Source of the DNA: Patescibacteria group bacterium
GTDB taxonomy: Bacteria > Patescibacteriota > Patescibacteriia > JAHIZJ01
Assembly (NCBI GenBank): GCA_028714495.1
Contig: JAQTMH010000003.1
Location: forward strand, 136,496-200,495
Length of the DNA stretch: 64,000 bases
Reading direction: 5' to 3'
Shown here: piece after piece, positions 1 through 9,003 of the stretch
How the letters are laid out: the number at the start of each line of letters is the position of its first letter
How positions within the stretch are numbered: position 1 is the first letter of the stretch
Position numbers and translations under genes: made by a program
Notes under the pieces: generated by a model
What the model was told of the DNA's origin: nothing
The model's database searches: none
The model's input: the letters and a program-made list of their open reading frames with translations, nothing else

Positions 1-1006
1 TGATGCCCTCTTTTAAGAGCTTGGGATTCGTGCAATAGAGATCGTCGCCGATGAGAGTGACTTTTCCGCCTAGTTTTTTGGTCATTTTCTGCCAGCCCTC
101 CCAGTCGTCTTCCCGCAATCCGTCTTCCAAAAGTTTAAGCGGATATTCATTGCTCCAGCGGTCGTAGAGATCGATTAGCTTGTCGGTATCGAAGGCCGAG
201 TCTTCAACTTCGACGAAATAGGTATTGCGTTCGCGATCATAAAAAGTGTTGGCTCCGGCATCAATGCCCAAGTAAATATCCTTGCCCGGCTTATATTTGC
301 AGTTTTTAATAGCTTGCATAATCCATTCGATCGCGTCAATGCTGGAATTGATATCCGGCGCGTAGCCGCCTTCATTGCCAACATCCGTATCTAACCCCTC
401 GCGCCGTAAAATGTCTTTTAAAGCGTGAAAGATTTCCACGCCCAGGCGGATGCGTTCTCTCGCTGTATCAGGCGAACTGGGAATAATCCAGAATTCCTGA
501 AAATCGAGATTTGTGTCAGCGTGCTTGCCGCCGTTAAAAAGGTTCATGACAGGCGTCGGCAGCGGGAAATCCTTGGAGTTCGGATTGCTGGAAAGTTTGC
601 GCAGATACTGGTAAAGAGGCAATTTCAGCGATTTGGTGGCGGCGCGTAAAACTCCCATCGAGACCGCCAAAATAGCGTTAGCGCCCAGCTTTGATTTATT
701 CTCGGTTCCATCCAGGTCAATAAGTTTTTTATCAATCTCGCGCTGGTTTAAAGCGTCCAGACCTTTTATTTCCTTGCTGATCAAATTGTTTATGTTGGCG
801 CAGGCTTTTTGGACGCCCAGGCCGTTAAAACGCTTTGGGTCATTGTCGCGAAGCTCAACCGCCTCTTTCTTGCCTTTTGAAGCGCCGGCCGGAACCGAGG
901 CGCGACCCCTGACTCCGTTTTCCAGATAGACTCTCACCTCGACTGTCGGATCACCGCGGGAATCTAGAATTTCTCGGGCAATCACTGATTCAATTTTGGA
1001 CGACAT
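1..1006 (-). CDS. eno: enolase (phosphopyruvate hydratase), 3'-truncated by window edge
   Basis: Reverse complement from 1006 translates MSSKIESVIAREILDSRGDPTVEVRVYLENGVRGRASVPAGASKGKKEAVELRD..., the classic enolase N-terminus. The ORF runs off the window start, so it is absent from the ORF track. Confidence 0.85.
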   Translation of the reverse strand, partial: MSSKIESVIAREILDSRGDPTVEVRVYLENGVRGRASVPAGASKGKKEAVELRDNDPKRFNGLGVQKACANINNLISKEIKGLDALNQREIDKKLIDLDGTENKSKLGANAILAVSMGVLRAATKSLKLPLYQYLRKLSSNPNSKDFPLPTPVMNLFNGGKHADTNLDFQEFWIIPSSPDTARERIRLGVEIFHALKDILRREGLDTDVGNEGGYAPDINSSIDAIEWIMQAIKNCKYKPGKDIYLGIDAGANTFYDRERNTYFVEVEDSAFDTDKLIDLYDRWSNEYPLKLLEDGLREDDWEGWQKMTKKLGGKVTLIGDDLYCTNPKLLKEGI

Positions 1007-1028
1007 TTATTTCTTCCTTGTCTTAATA

Positions 1029-2210
1029 TTATTTTTTTGATAAATATTTCAAACCTGGTAATTTTTCTCCGGCTAAATAATCGAGCATCGCGCCGCCGCC
1101 GGTTGAGACAAAATCTATCTGGTTCAGAACACCCGCTTCCTCAACCGCTGAAATGGTGTCTCCGCCTCCGATAATCGTCTCACCCCGCGTTTTCGCCACT
1201 GCTTGAGCGATATCTTTGGTCCCGCGGCTGAATTGCGGCAATTCGAAATAACCCATCGGGCCGCTCCAGAGAACGGTTTTCGCCCGAGCGATGATTGACT
1301 GATAAAGCCTGGCCGTGTCTGGTCCGATGTCGAGAATACGATCGTCTTGGCTGACCCGGCCGACTGGCTTGAGCTGGGTTCTGGCCCGAGGCAACAGGCT
1401 CTTGGCCGTGACAACGTCGACGGGGATTTTCAGCTTGAGGTCGGTAATTTTCAGCTGGCGGATGGCTTTGACCATTTTTGGCTCCACTTTGGATTTTCCC
1501 ACCTGGATGCCCTTTACCTGCAAAATGGTATTGGCTGACACGCCACCCAGCAGAACATAATCCGCCTGGCGCAATAAAATCTTCAGCAGCATCAGCTTAT
1601 CTTCAATCTTCGCTCCGCCGATAATCGCCACAAACGGCCGACGGGGAGATTTCATCATTCTCTGGAGAGTCGTGATTTCATTTTCAACCAGGAAGCCGGA
1701 CACAGCCGGCAGGAAGCGTGGCGGCCCGACGATTGAAGCCACGTCGCGGTGGGCCTGAGCAAAAGCGTCAAAAACCCAGATTTCACCCAGACTGCTCAAA
1801 GCCTTGATGAAGCGCTTATCTTTCGTCTCCTCCTCGGGATGAAAACGAACATTCTCAAGCATGACAATATCCTTTGGCTTCATCACTCTCACGGCTTTTT
1901 GGACCTTAGGTCCGACACAATCATCGAGTTTCTTAACTGGGTGTCTCAGGAGCTGCCCCAGTCTTTTGGCCACCGGATCAAGCCGGTATTTGGCCACCCT
2001 TTTCCCGTCTGGCCGGCCGCACCAGGTTAAAATTACTATTCGGCAATTCTGTTTTAAAAGGTACTGTAGGGTTGGCAGGGTGGCCTGTATCCTGGTATCG
2101 TCGTGGACAATAAACTTACCTCCCTGCCTGCGCAATGGGACATCATAAGCCGGCCGGTATAATACCAGCTTGTTTTTCAGGCGAAAAGTCCGCAGGTTTT
2201 TTATCTTCAC
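1029..2210 (-). CDS. pgk: phosphoglycerate kinase
   Basis: 393 aa with a PGK-like N-domain (RxDxNVP-like region) and GGGA..YL in the C-terminal half. It is adjacent to eno in a glycolytic pair. Confidence 0.88.
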   Translation of the reverse strand: MKIKNLRTFRLKNKLVLYRPAYDVPLRRQGGKFIVHDDTRIQATLPTLQYLLKQNCRIVILTWCGRPDGKRVAKYRLDPVAKRLGQLLRHPVKKLDDCVGPKVQKAVRVMKPKDIVMLENVRFHPEEETKDKRFIKALSSLGEIWVFDAFAQAHRDVASIVGPPRFLPAVSGFLVENEITTLQRMMKSPRRPFVAIIGGAKIEDKLMLLKILLRQADYVLLGGVSANTILQVKGIQVGKSKVEPKMVKAIRQLKITDLKLKIPVDVVTAKSLLPRARTQLKPVGRVSQDDRILDIGPDTARLYQSIIARAKTVLWSGPMGYFELPQFSRGTKDIAQAVAKTRGETIIGGGDTISAVEEAGVLNQIDFVSTGGGAMLDYLAGEKLPGLKYLSKK

Positions 2211-2290
2211 GAGATATATTATACCATAAATTACCGGGAAATGAAAAATGCCCGCTGGGAGGCATTTTTACCGTGCCTTTGAAAAACCTT

Positions 2291-3193
2291 TTATAAATGC
2301 TTTTTCAGAAAGGCCGCTATCCTATCTTTAAACTCCTGCCGGTAGCTCAAGAAAAGCGTATCATGGGTGCCTGGCACAATCCATAGCTCGGCTCCTTCGC
2401 TAATCGCGTTGGCGTAAATCTCCCTGGCGCCATCAGCCACGCCCCCCGGATCGTCTTCCCCGGCCATAAGCAAAACTGGCGCGGTGGTCAATTTGATGCT
2501 CTCAGCCGGCGCCACATCGGCTGGATTCGTCTGGATCAGAAAGCGTGCCCAGAGGCCGGTCAGCCAGGCGAGAGGCTTTTGAAAAATCCAATACCGGGAA
2601 TAAAGGTTTTCTACCTCGCGAGACAAATGGGCATAGGGGCTATCGGCAATAATCACCTTTATGTCGGCGGTAATCGCCGCGGCCATGATTCCGGCGCTCG
2701 CGCCCATTGAGAAACCATAAACAGCCACCCTGGTAATGTCAACGTCCGGCCGCCTCTTCAAATATTCGATCGCGCCCAGAACATCTTTGGTTTCTTTGTT
2801 GCCAAAGGTCGTGTTTTTGCCGCTGCTCGCGCCGTGCGCTCTGAAATCGAACAAAAATAAATTATAGTCATTGGCTAAAAAATAGCTCCAATCGAGCGAT
2901 TGTGACTTCGACAGACCGAGACCATGGAGAACGATGACTGTCGGCGAAGGCTTTTCCGGTACCTTATTTTTTGCCGGAATAAACCAGCCCTTGAGCGCTA
3001 TGTTGTCAGTACTGGTAAAACTAACGTTTTCGTACTCCAATGTCGTATGAGATGGATTACGATCATCAATCACCGTTGTCGGGTGGATATTCGTGTAATA
3101 TACGTAGAAAGTAATCGCCAACGAACAAACCACCACGATTATAACCAAATCACGGACAAGCTTTCGAATCAATACTGTTAGAGTAAAAATCAT
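2291..3193 (-). CDS. alpha/beta-hydrolase fold protein with N-terminal TM anchor
   Basis: VLHGLGLSKSQ..FDFRAHGASSG..GFSMGASAG contains the nucleophile-elbow GxSxG of alpha/beta hydrolases (dienelactone hydrolase/S9-like). Confidence 0.6.
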   Translation of the reverse strand: MIFTLTVLIRKLVRDLVIIVVVCSLAITFYVYYTNIHPTTVIDDRNPSHTTLEYENVSFTSTDNIALKGWFIPAKNKVPEKPSPTVIVLHGLGLSKSQSLDWSYFLANDYNLFLFDFRAHGASSGKNTTFGNKETKDVLGAIEYLKRRPDVDITRVAVYGFSMGASAGIMAAAITADIKVIIADSPYAHLSREVENLYSRYWIFQKPLAWLTGLWARFLIQTNPADVAPAESIKLTTAPVLLMAGEDDPGGVADGAREIYANAISEGAELWIVPGTHDTLFLSYRQEFKDRIAAFLKKHL

Positions 3194-3296
3194 TGTACTA
3201 TTATTATAGCACTATTCGGCAGAATAAAAAAAGGGGTAATCTATCACCCATACTACTTGATAAAAACTGCCCGTACTAAATACATTGCTATCTTAT

Positions 3297-3830
3297 TTAA
3301 CGGCTTTTCTTTTTCCTACCCTTTTCCGCTTCTTCTCGGAGTGTCGACTCTATTTCGCTCCAATCATTGCATGTTCGACGGCGACGATGACGAGATCGTA
3401 GTTTAAAACCATTCCACATCGGGTCATAGGAAATCCATCGTTGTGAAACAGGCTGGCGAATCTCGAGCCAGGCGTGCGTTCGCCAACGCCCTTGGTGAAA
3501 TATCCTACCATCAACCATCCGCACTTCAATACCCATCCGTCGAAGACAGGCCACGGCGACAGCTACAATACTTCCGCATGTCCTAAGCCGCCGCCGGATT
3601 ATCTCCGAAACCGGCAGACAGCGCGAGAGATAGGTGTTTGTAGTCGTTGCGACATACTGTCTTCCAGGACTGAACTCTTTATGGATATTCAAGAAAAGTG
3701 CTGGAATTTGCTCCTTCGCTGAAAGTTTGTTCAAGCCCCGCGTTACCCGAGAATAGAAGCGATTTGGGAGCGAAGTACTATATAGTTTATTAAATTTTTT
3801 TATTCGGCTCACAAACGTATTATATAACAA
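3297..3830 (-). CDS. transglutaminase-like cysteine protease domain protein
   Basis: Core motif GTCGSIVAVAVACLRRMGIEVRMVDG...HAWLEI...WISYDP matches the Cys/His/Asp transglutaminase-like core. Basic C-terminal tail. Confidence 0.5.
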   Translation of the reverse strand: MLYNTFVSRIKKFNKLYSTSLPNRFYSRVTRGLNKLSAKEQIPALFLNIHKEFSPGRQYVATTTNTYLSRCLPVSEIIRRRLRTCGSIVAVAVACLRRMGIEVRMVDGRIFHQGRWRTHAWLEIRQPVSQRWISYDPMWNGFKLRSRHRRRRTCNDWSEIESTLREEAEKGRKKKSR

Positions 3831-3868
3831 AAATACAGCTAATATGGATATCGAATCCGGTGGATCTT

Positions 3869-4399
3869 TTATAAGCTACCATTTGGAATCGAATCAATAA
3901 ATACTGAACGCGTTCCTTGTCCATATTTTGTCATTATTTTAAAAGCATCATATGGCCGACCAAGGTATTCGGCAGAATATCCATTGCTTGCGGCGAGGCC
4001 GGGAGTTACATAATAAGCTTCACCATTGGCATGTGGACGTAGCAATATCCGTCCTTGGATATAAGGATATAACCTTGAATCAACTACGCGATATACCTGC
4101 CAGATATCATTTACCTGTTTCAAGCCGGTATGGAAACTATCTTCTGATATTCCTAATGACAATCGCCTCATTATCTCAAAAGCCTGCGCCGGTCTGCCTA
4201 GATAGTACTTGTGTCCCTGGTAAATATAATACGCTTCTCCATTGCGCTCTACGTCGAGAAGGATATTCCCTTCATAATCGGCAATGCTTGCTTGCGCGGG
4301 TTTGAAACCTAATCCTGCAAATATGCCTAAGATGATAACTAAAATGATAATTACTTGTTTCATGGTTTTAATGGATAATATAGTAAACTTCCTACCCAT
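3869..4399 (-). CDS. secreted protein with internal duplicated domain (hypothetical)
   Basis: Signal peptide/TM at N-terminus. Two copies of GEAYY(I/V)..G..Y.AEYLGRP..AF(E/K)IM. Confidence 0.45.
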   Translation of the reverse strand: MGRKFTILSIKTMKQVIIILVIILGIFAGLGFKPAQASIADYEGNILLDVERNGEAYYIYQGHKYYLGRPAQAFEIMRRLSLGISEDSFHTGLKQVNDIWQVYRVVDSRLYPYIQGRILLRPHANGEAYYVTPGLAASNGYSAEYLGRPYDAFKIMTKYGQGTRSVFIDSIPNGSL

Positions 4400-4423
4400 C
4401 AGGTAGATCCAACAGAGTCGGGT

Positions 4424-5041
4424 TCAATAGAATTTAATCGATTGTAACGTTTGATCAATTAAATTAACAGCGTTCTGAAACTCGATTGAATCAGGTTTAT
4501 CATTTTCAATAAAGGCTCGCGCCTCCCAAGAGTTATCGCCTTCAAGGATATAGTATGTGATCGAGGAGGTTTTATAAGCATTTTTATCATTTACAATCCA
4601 TAACCTTCTCCCGCTCCAATTATTTTTTTCTACAAGCGTATTCGATCGGATTATTTCATCTTCCGTATTTGCATTAATCCACTCATCAAGGGATAAATTA
4701 TTAGGATATTTGGTGTTTTTATATATGCTCACTTTGATCAACGGTTCATTTAGTTGTTGTCCAGAAATTTCATCAATTCTACTAGTACGTTCCTGGGATG
4801 TGAACTCAAGGGCAGTTAATAACGGACCGACGGAATAGTAAGGAATCCAGGAGCTCGGATATTCCATTTGTATTCCATATTCCGCAGCGTTAAATGTTTT
4901 CCATATTAGGGTGCTACTATTTGTGTTCGCTGGATTATTTTTTGTGTCTGATGGCCAGAACAATATAACACCGCAAATAACAATAATTACGGCGCCGATG
5001 GTAATTACTAATAATTTATTTCGTGTAATCATAATTGTCAA
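4424..5041 (-). CDS. membrane-anchored hypothetical protein
   Basis: N-terminal TM helix followed by a soluble domain. No recognisable motif. Confidence 0.4.
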   Translation of the reverse strand: MTIMITRNKLLVITIGAVIIVICGVILFWPSDTKNNPANTNSSTLIWKTFNAAEYGIQMEYPSSWIPYYSVGPLLTALEFTSQERTSRIDEISGQQLNEPLIKVSIYKNTKYPNNLSLDEWINANTEDEIIRSNTLVEKNNWSGRRLWIVNDKNAYKTSSITYYILEGDNSWEARAFIENDKPDSIEFQNAVNLIDQTLQSIKFY

Positions 5042-5051
5042 AAAACCGAAA

Positions 5052-5630
5052 TCAGTCTTTTAACTTAACACTATTAACTATATCATCAAATTTTGCATCG
5101 CAATTCTGAAAATCAGCACTGTCAATATTTTCGACTTTAATGAGGGAATAAAAATAGTAAATTGAATCGCCTTTTTCAAAATAGTAACTGGCAATAAAGT
5201 CCTTAAATTCATTTCCTTTGTTTTGTATTAACTGCCGGATTGCCGATTGTCCAGCTACGAAGGAATCTTTTCGTGCAATTTCATTCTGCGTATTTGAATG
5301 CCCGACAATCCAATCACGAAGTGACAGTTTTTCTGGATTTGGTTGAACTGATAAAATTACCTCACAAGCCAGGGTTTCTACATTATTCGTTATTACTTTT
5401 TCAAAGCTCTCTAGGTCTACATAATCGCCTGTTTCACTCGGCCATATTGACCAATTAGAAGGGTACTCAAAGGTAAAATAATCGCCCTTTGTAAAAGCGG
5501 TATATCCGCTATTTGTTTGACTGTTTTTGTTAATGGGTATTGATTTGTCTGAATCATTTTTATTCTGTTGCAATGAGCAGCCGAAAGTGACAAAAGGGAC
5601 TAGAATAACCAATAGTAATATTTTTTTCAT
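5052..5630 (-). CDS. putative lipoprotein (hypothetical)
   Basis: Signal peptide with lipobox-like TFGC. Confidence 0.4.
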   Translation of the reverse strand: MKKILLLVILVPFVTFGCSLQQNKNDSDKSIPINKNSQTNSGYTAFTKGDYFTFEYPSNWSIWPSETGDYVDLESFEKVITNNVETLACEVILSVQPNPEKLSLRDWIVGHSNTQNEIARKDSFVAGQSAIRQLIQNKGNEFKDFIASYYFEKGDSIYYFYSLIKVENIDSADFQNCDAKFDDIVNSVKLKD

Positions 5631-5697
5631 TGTGGCACGGGGTTAATTAATTAGATGTATATTCGATAGATATAGAATAGCATTTTTGTGAAATAGT

Positions 5698-5726
5698 GGG
5701 GAGAGTAAAAAACTTTACTCTCCCCC
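5698..5726 (-). terminator. hairpin downstream of hydrolase paralog A
   Basis: GGGGAGAGTAAA..TTTACTCTCCCC, a 12-bp stem directly after the stop at 5735. Confidence 0.45.
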
Positions 5727-5734
5727 GAACGTTG

Positions 5735-6481
5735 TTAGGGGCACGTTGTCCGACCCTTGGGACAAGGAACATAGGAATTGCCCGAGCAATAGCGGCCATT
5801 GTGCACGATAGTGGCTCCTCCGGAAATGCCATCCAGTCGAACGCTCACGTTGTTCCTCCAGATCGAGAAGTGGATGTGTGGAGGTGACGTGGGACCAGAG
5901 CTCCCCGCTAACCCGATTAGCGTACCCTGTAACAAATTGTCGCCAGGGGAGATAAATGCGTTCGGGTCGCAGGCCAAATGGGCTACGATCGACTTGTAAC
6001 CGTTGCGATGATCCATCACTACGCACCAACCATATCCTGTCATCTGGCCAGCGAAGAGCACTATTCCTCTAGCCGGTGCAAGCACATAACTACCGGTAGT
6101 TACCCCACCATCATCCCTGACCAGGTCGACGGAATAGTAACCGGCTCTAGGGTAATTCCAATTCTGATGCTTACCACACCCATAGGTGCAGATGGCCTTC
6201 CAGATCTCACCGTGCCAGTAGTCATTATAAATCCCGGCAAAGGGAAACTTGAAGTCGCTGATCGACTGAGGCCAGGTTGAGGGCGTACCCAATGTGATAG
6301 GATCGCCCGGGTTACCCACCTCCCCAATTCCATCATCCTGATTCACGACAACCGGATTCTCCCCCTCCCCACTACAGCCCGCGAGGACGATCAGGCCGAG
6401 CGTGAGAATCGCCAGGATTGGCGGGGCGATAGACCAGAAATACTTCATCTTCTTCACCTTCCTTTCATTGAGAAACACCAA
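5735..6481 (-). CDS. secreted lipoprotein, M23/LytM-like peptidase domain (paralog A)
   Basis: N-terminal MKYFWSIAPPILAILTLGLIVLAGCS signal peptide with lipobox. C-terminal GSSGPTSPPHIHFSIW resembles the M23 HxH zinc motif. Shares its leader and signal peptide with genes at 7244 and 18851. Confidence 0.55.
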   Translation of the reverse strand: MVFLNERKVKKMKYFWSIAPPILAILTLGLIVLAGCSGEGENPVVVNQDDGIGEVGNPGDPITLGTPSTWPQSISDFKFPFAGIYNDYWHGEIWKAICTYGCGKHQNWNYPRAGYYSVDLVRDDGGVTTGSYVLAPARGIVLFAGQMTGYGWCVVMDHRNGYKSIVAHLACDPNAFISPGDNLLQGTLIGLAGSSGPTSPPHIHFSIWRNNVSVRLDGISGGATIVHNGRYCSGNSYVPCPKGRTTCP

Positions 6482-6600
6482 AGACTCCTAGATTCTCCAG
6501 GAACAGAAAAACAGGGACTTGTGGATCACCTCCTTCCATTGTTGATGTGTCAAAGAACAAAAAACGAGCTACAATGCCCGTCTCATTGTTTTTTTGTCTT
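6482..6600 (-). promoter_or_regulatory. conserved 5' leader of hydrolase paralog family (copy A)
   Basis: Near-identical to upstream regions of genes at 8023 and 19555. mRNA sense contains TTGACA...GGAAGGAGGTGATCCAC (complementary to the 16S 3' end) about 40 nt upstream of a second, proximal SD. Confidence 0.5.
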
Positions 6601-6603
6601 TAT

Positions 6604-7161
6604 TTACAATAACCTGAAGGACGTCAGCATAGTGTTGTATGTTTTAGAAAAGTCAGCTGCCGCACTGCTGGTTTTTTGCACGTTATACGTAAACTCCATT
6701 ATTTTATTATTCGCTAATGAAGTATAAGCGCCACATTGATTAGCTGGTTGGGTCTTTGAACAAACAAGAAGCCAGTTGAAGTCACCGATTGTTTTCGTCT
6801 CTTTGGTGATTTCAGTAGGGTAAAAATCACGCAGGGTGCTCTCAAAATACTGTTCAACGGAAACACTGGGATTTTCAAGTGTTTCAATTGTCAAATCAAA
6901 GTAAGGTGAAGTATCCGGCCCGGTAAATGGGTAATTTTCTAAAGTAAACTGAAATGGTCCGCTGGTTGGCACGACATCGTCTTGAAACTTTTCACCGGTG
7001 TTAAGATAAATTGCTTCAGCAGGCAAAGTGAACCTGAAATCGTTGCTGGTATCTTTGTATACAATTTTTCCGGTTGATTTTCTGTATTCAAAAAGAATTA
7101 CAGATGTGGCTATTATTACCAAAATAATGACTAAATAGATTATCCATGTTTTTTTATTCAT
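6604..7161 (-). CDS. membrane-anchored hypothetical protein
   Basis: N-terminal TM helix. 185 aa. Confidence 0.4.
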   Translation of the reverse strand: MNKKTWIIYLVIILVIIATSVILFEYRKSTGKIVYKDTSNDFRFTLPAEAIYLNTGEKFQDDVVPTSGPFQFTLENYPFTGPDTSPYFDLTIETLENPSVSVEQYFESTLRDFYPTEITKETKTIGDFNWLLVCSKTQPANQCGAYTSLANNKIMEFTYNVQKTSSAAADFSKTYNTMLTSFRLL

Positions 7162-7208
7162 ATAATGATTTTAGCTTATTATTATAAATTTGTTAATTAG
7201 TAATAGAT

Positions 7209-7236
7209 GGGGAGAGAAGATGGCGCCTCTCTCCCC
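7209..7236 (-). terminator. hairpin downstream of hydrolase paralog B
   Basis: GGGGAGAG-aagatggcgcct-CTCTCCCC. Confidence 0.45.
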
Positions 7237-7243
7237 GATTGGC

Positions 7244-8023
7244 CTAATAGCACTGGATCTCCGGACCATTCTGATCCATCAGTGTTGGACTTGCCCAGGG
7301 ATTGTAAGCCTTGAAGCCATAGTTGGCGAGTTGCTCCCAGGTATAGAGGTGCCTGGAAATAGCGAAATTCCCGTTGCCACTTACCCAATTGGCGTCGACT
7401 ACGTCAAGCCCGTAGGAATAGACGACTACCACGATGGCGGTATGAGGCATTGCGCTTTGTAGTATCCAACCCGGCTGAGCCTGGTGGACATCTTCCAGGG
7501 CGTATCCTGTGCCAGAACGCGGCAGCACCAGATGTTTCCCGTTCCCCCAGCCATAGGATGAGCGGTAGAGAACCAGATTGGCAAAGAAACGACAGTAACC
7601 CCCACGATGACAATCTTTCCAGTTGCCATCCCAGTCCTTGAGACGAGCGATGCCACCAGCCCCACCACGGGCGGTACAGCTTCCGATCCACCACGCCACC
7701 CGCCTGTCAGCACCCCGATCCGACTCGACGTAGTTCCAGTCAGACATGGCACTGCCATGGTAGGATACCGTGGAACCACCACTGCGTGACTGATTGAGCG
7801 CATAAAATGCTTCACTCACGATTCTGTCACCCCAGTACTGAGCTAGGGGAATGCCGTGAGTATCCTCGATGTCGTCGTAAGCCGAAGAATCAGGCTGAAG
7901 TGTCTCCTGATCACTACAGCCCGCGAGGACGATCAGGCCGAGTGTGAGAACTGCCAGGATTGGCGGAGCGATTGACCAGAAATACTTCATTTCGTTTACC
8001 CCTCTTTCTCTGAAAAACGCCAA
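7244..8023 (-). CDS. secreted lipoprotein, CHAP/NlpC-P60-like amidase domain (paralog B)
   Basis: Same signal peptide MKYFWSIAPPILAVLTLGLIVLAGCS as paralog A. Mature part has Cys (KDCHRGGYCRFF) and His (PHTAIVVVVY) spaced as in CHAP-type amidases. Confidence 0.5.
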   Translation of the reverse strand: MAFFRERGVNEMKYFWSIAPPILAVLTLGLIVLAGCSDQETLQPDSSAYDDIEDTHGIPLAQYWGDRIVSEAFYALNQSRSGGSTVSYHGSAMSDWNYVESDRGADRRVAWWIGSCTARGGAGGIARLKDWDGNWKDCHRGGYCRFFANLVLYRSSYGWGNGKHLVLPRSGTGYALEDVHQAQPGWILQSAMPHTAIVVVVYSYGLDVVDANWVSGNGNFAISRHLYTWEQLANYGFKAYNPWASPTLMDQNGPEIQCY

Positions 8024-8140
8024 AGACTCTTAGATTCGCCAGGAACAGAAAAACATAGATTTGTGGATCACCTCCTTCCTATTTGGGTTGTAATGAACAA
8101 AAAAAGAGTCCAGGAAAGCCCGTCTCTTTCTATGTTTAGA

Positions 8141-8178
8141 ATAACCCCTTGAAAATAGGCGTCAAGGGAGGGTTATCC
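8141..8178. promoter_or_regulatory. conserved imperfect palindrome upstream of paralog B (also upstream of paralog C)
   Basis: ATAACCCCTTGA-aaataggcg-TCAAGGGAGGGTTAT. In mRNA sense it embeds TTGACG-N16-TATTCT. Same element at 19878-19916. Confidence 0.4.
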
Positions 8179-8232
8179 ACAATGTTCCTTTTGACATATT
8201 GTATACTATAGCTAAATAAATAACTGAAAATT

Positions 8233-8739
8233 ATGCCCCGATTCCAAAAAGTAACTCAAACAACACTCATTGCGGGTTTCGGTGTTATCATGCTGCTTGT
8301 CCTCGGCTACATTGTATATCAAGACCAATTTGCCCGATTCGATGTACAGCATCTTAAAGCTGATCCAAATTTTACATATACTGACACATTATCGTGTCGT
8401 GTCGAATATTCTACATTTAAGAAGATAGGCGAAGCGTTGATGGACATTTACGCCGAAAGGGATTTTACACTGTCAAACCTGAATACTGATCAGCCAAAGT
8501 TGCGAATAAGTAACTTTGAGCTTGCGTTGAAAAAAATACGTGAGAGTAATAATGCCATAACACTTCAAACAGAGCCCCTCGCACCTGACGATACTTCAAT
8601 ACAAACGATACAAGTACTCAAAGACAGGGGTACATTCGTAAGGGCATATATGGGTACTAGCCAGTACTTTGGCGCTCGTGAAAAATATTTCCCTGATTTA
8701 TTCCAAAATATTATCGCCCAAAAAGGCCGATGCAAATAA
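8233..8739 (+). CDS. membrane-anchored hypothetical protein
   Basis: N-terminal TM helix. 168 aa. The only plus-strand ORF in this part of the window. Confidence 0.4.
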   Translation: MPRFQKVTQTTLIAGFGVIMLLVLGYIVYQDQFARFDVQHLKADPNFTYTDTLSCRVEYSTFKKIGEALMDIYAERDFTLSNLNTDQPKLRISNFELALKKIRESNNAITLQTEPLAPDDTSIQTIQVLKDRGTFVRAYMGTSQYFGAREKYFPDLFQNIIAQKGRCK

Positions 8740-8965
8740 TAGAGACGTAAAGAACCGCATCCTATGTCCGCCCTTTGCGAAGTCTGCGTTAGGAAAAATA
8801 GGTGAAGAGGAGCGGTGCCCCGACTGAAGGGCGGGGCAGGCGATCCCGTTGTTTGAATCCCGCCCTGTACCAAAAATAACTTTTCAGGGCGGGATAAGTT
8901 CGGGTCGCCAGCGACGATGAGACCATTTTTCCCGCTGACGGAGCACTGGGCGGCGCTTCTTTTCT

Positions 8966-8995
8966 GCGACTTTTCTTGGCGCCAAGAAAAGTCGC
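8966..8995. terminator. perfect 30-bp palindrome between convergent genes
   Basis: GCGACTTTTCTTGGC|GCCAAGAAAAGTCGC, just past the histidine kinase stop. Probably a bidirectional terminator. Confidence 0.5.
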
Positions 8996-9003
8996 GAAAG
9001 CAT

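Noticed and set aside
425-929. Two plus-strand ORFs (74 and 98 aa)
   Set aside because: They lie antisense inside the enolase coding region and have no motif support.
8741-9003. Possible tmRNA or T-box leader
   Set aside because: The region is not upstream of a gene and has no specifier or T-box sequence. It has no tRNA-like acceptor/T-arm pairing and no tag reading frame.
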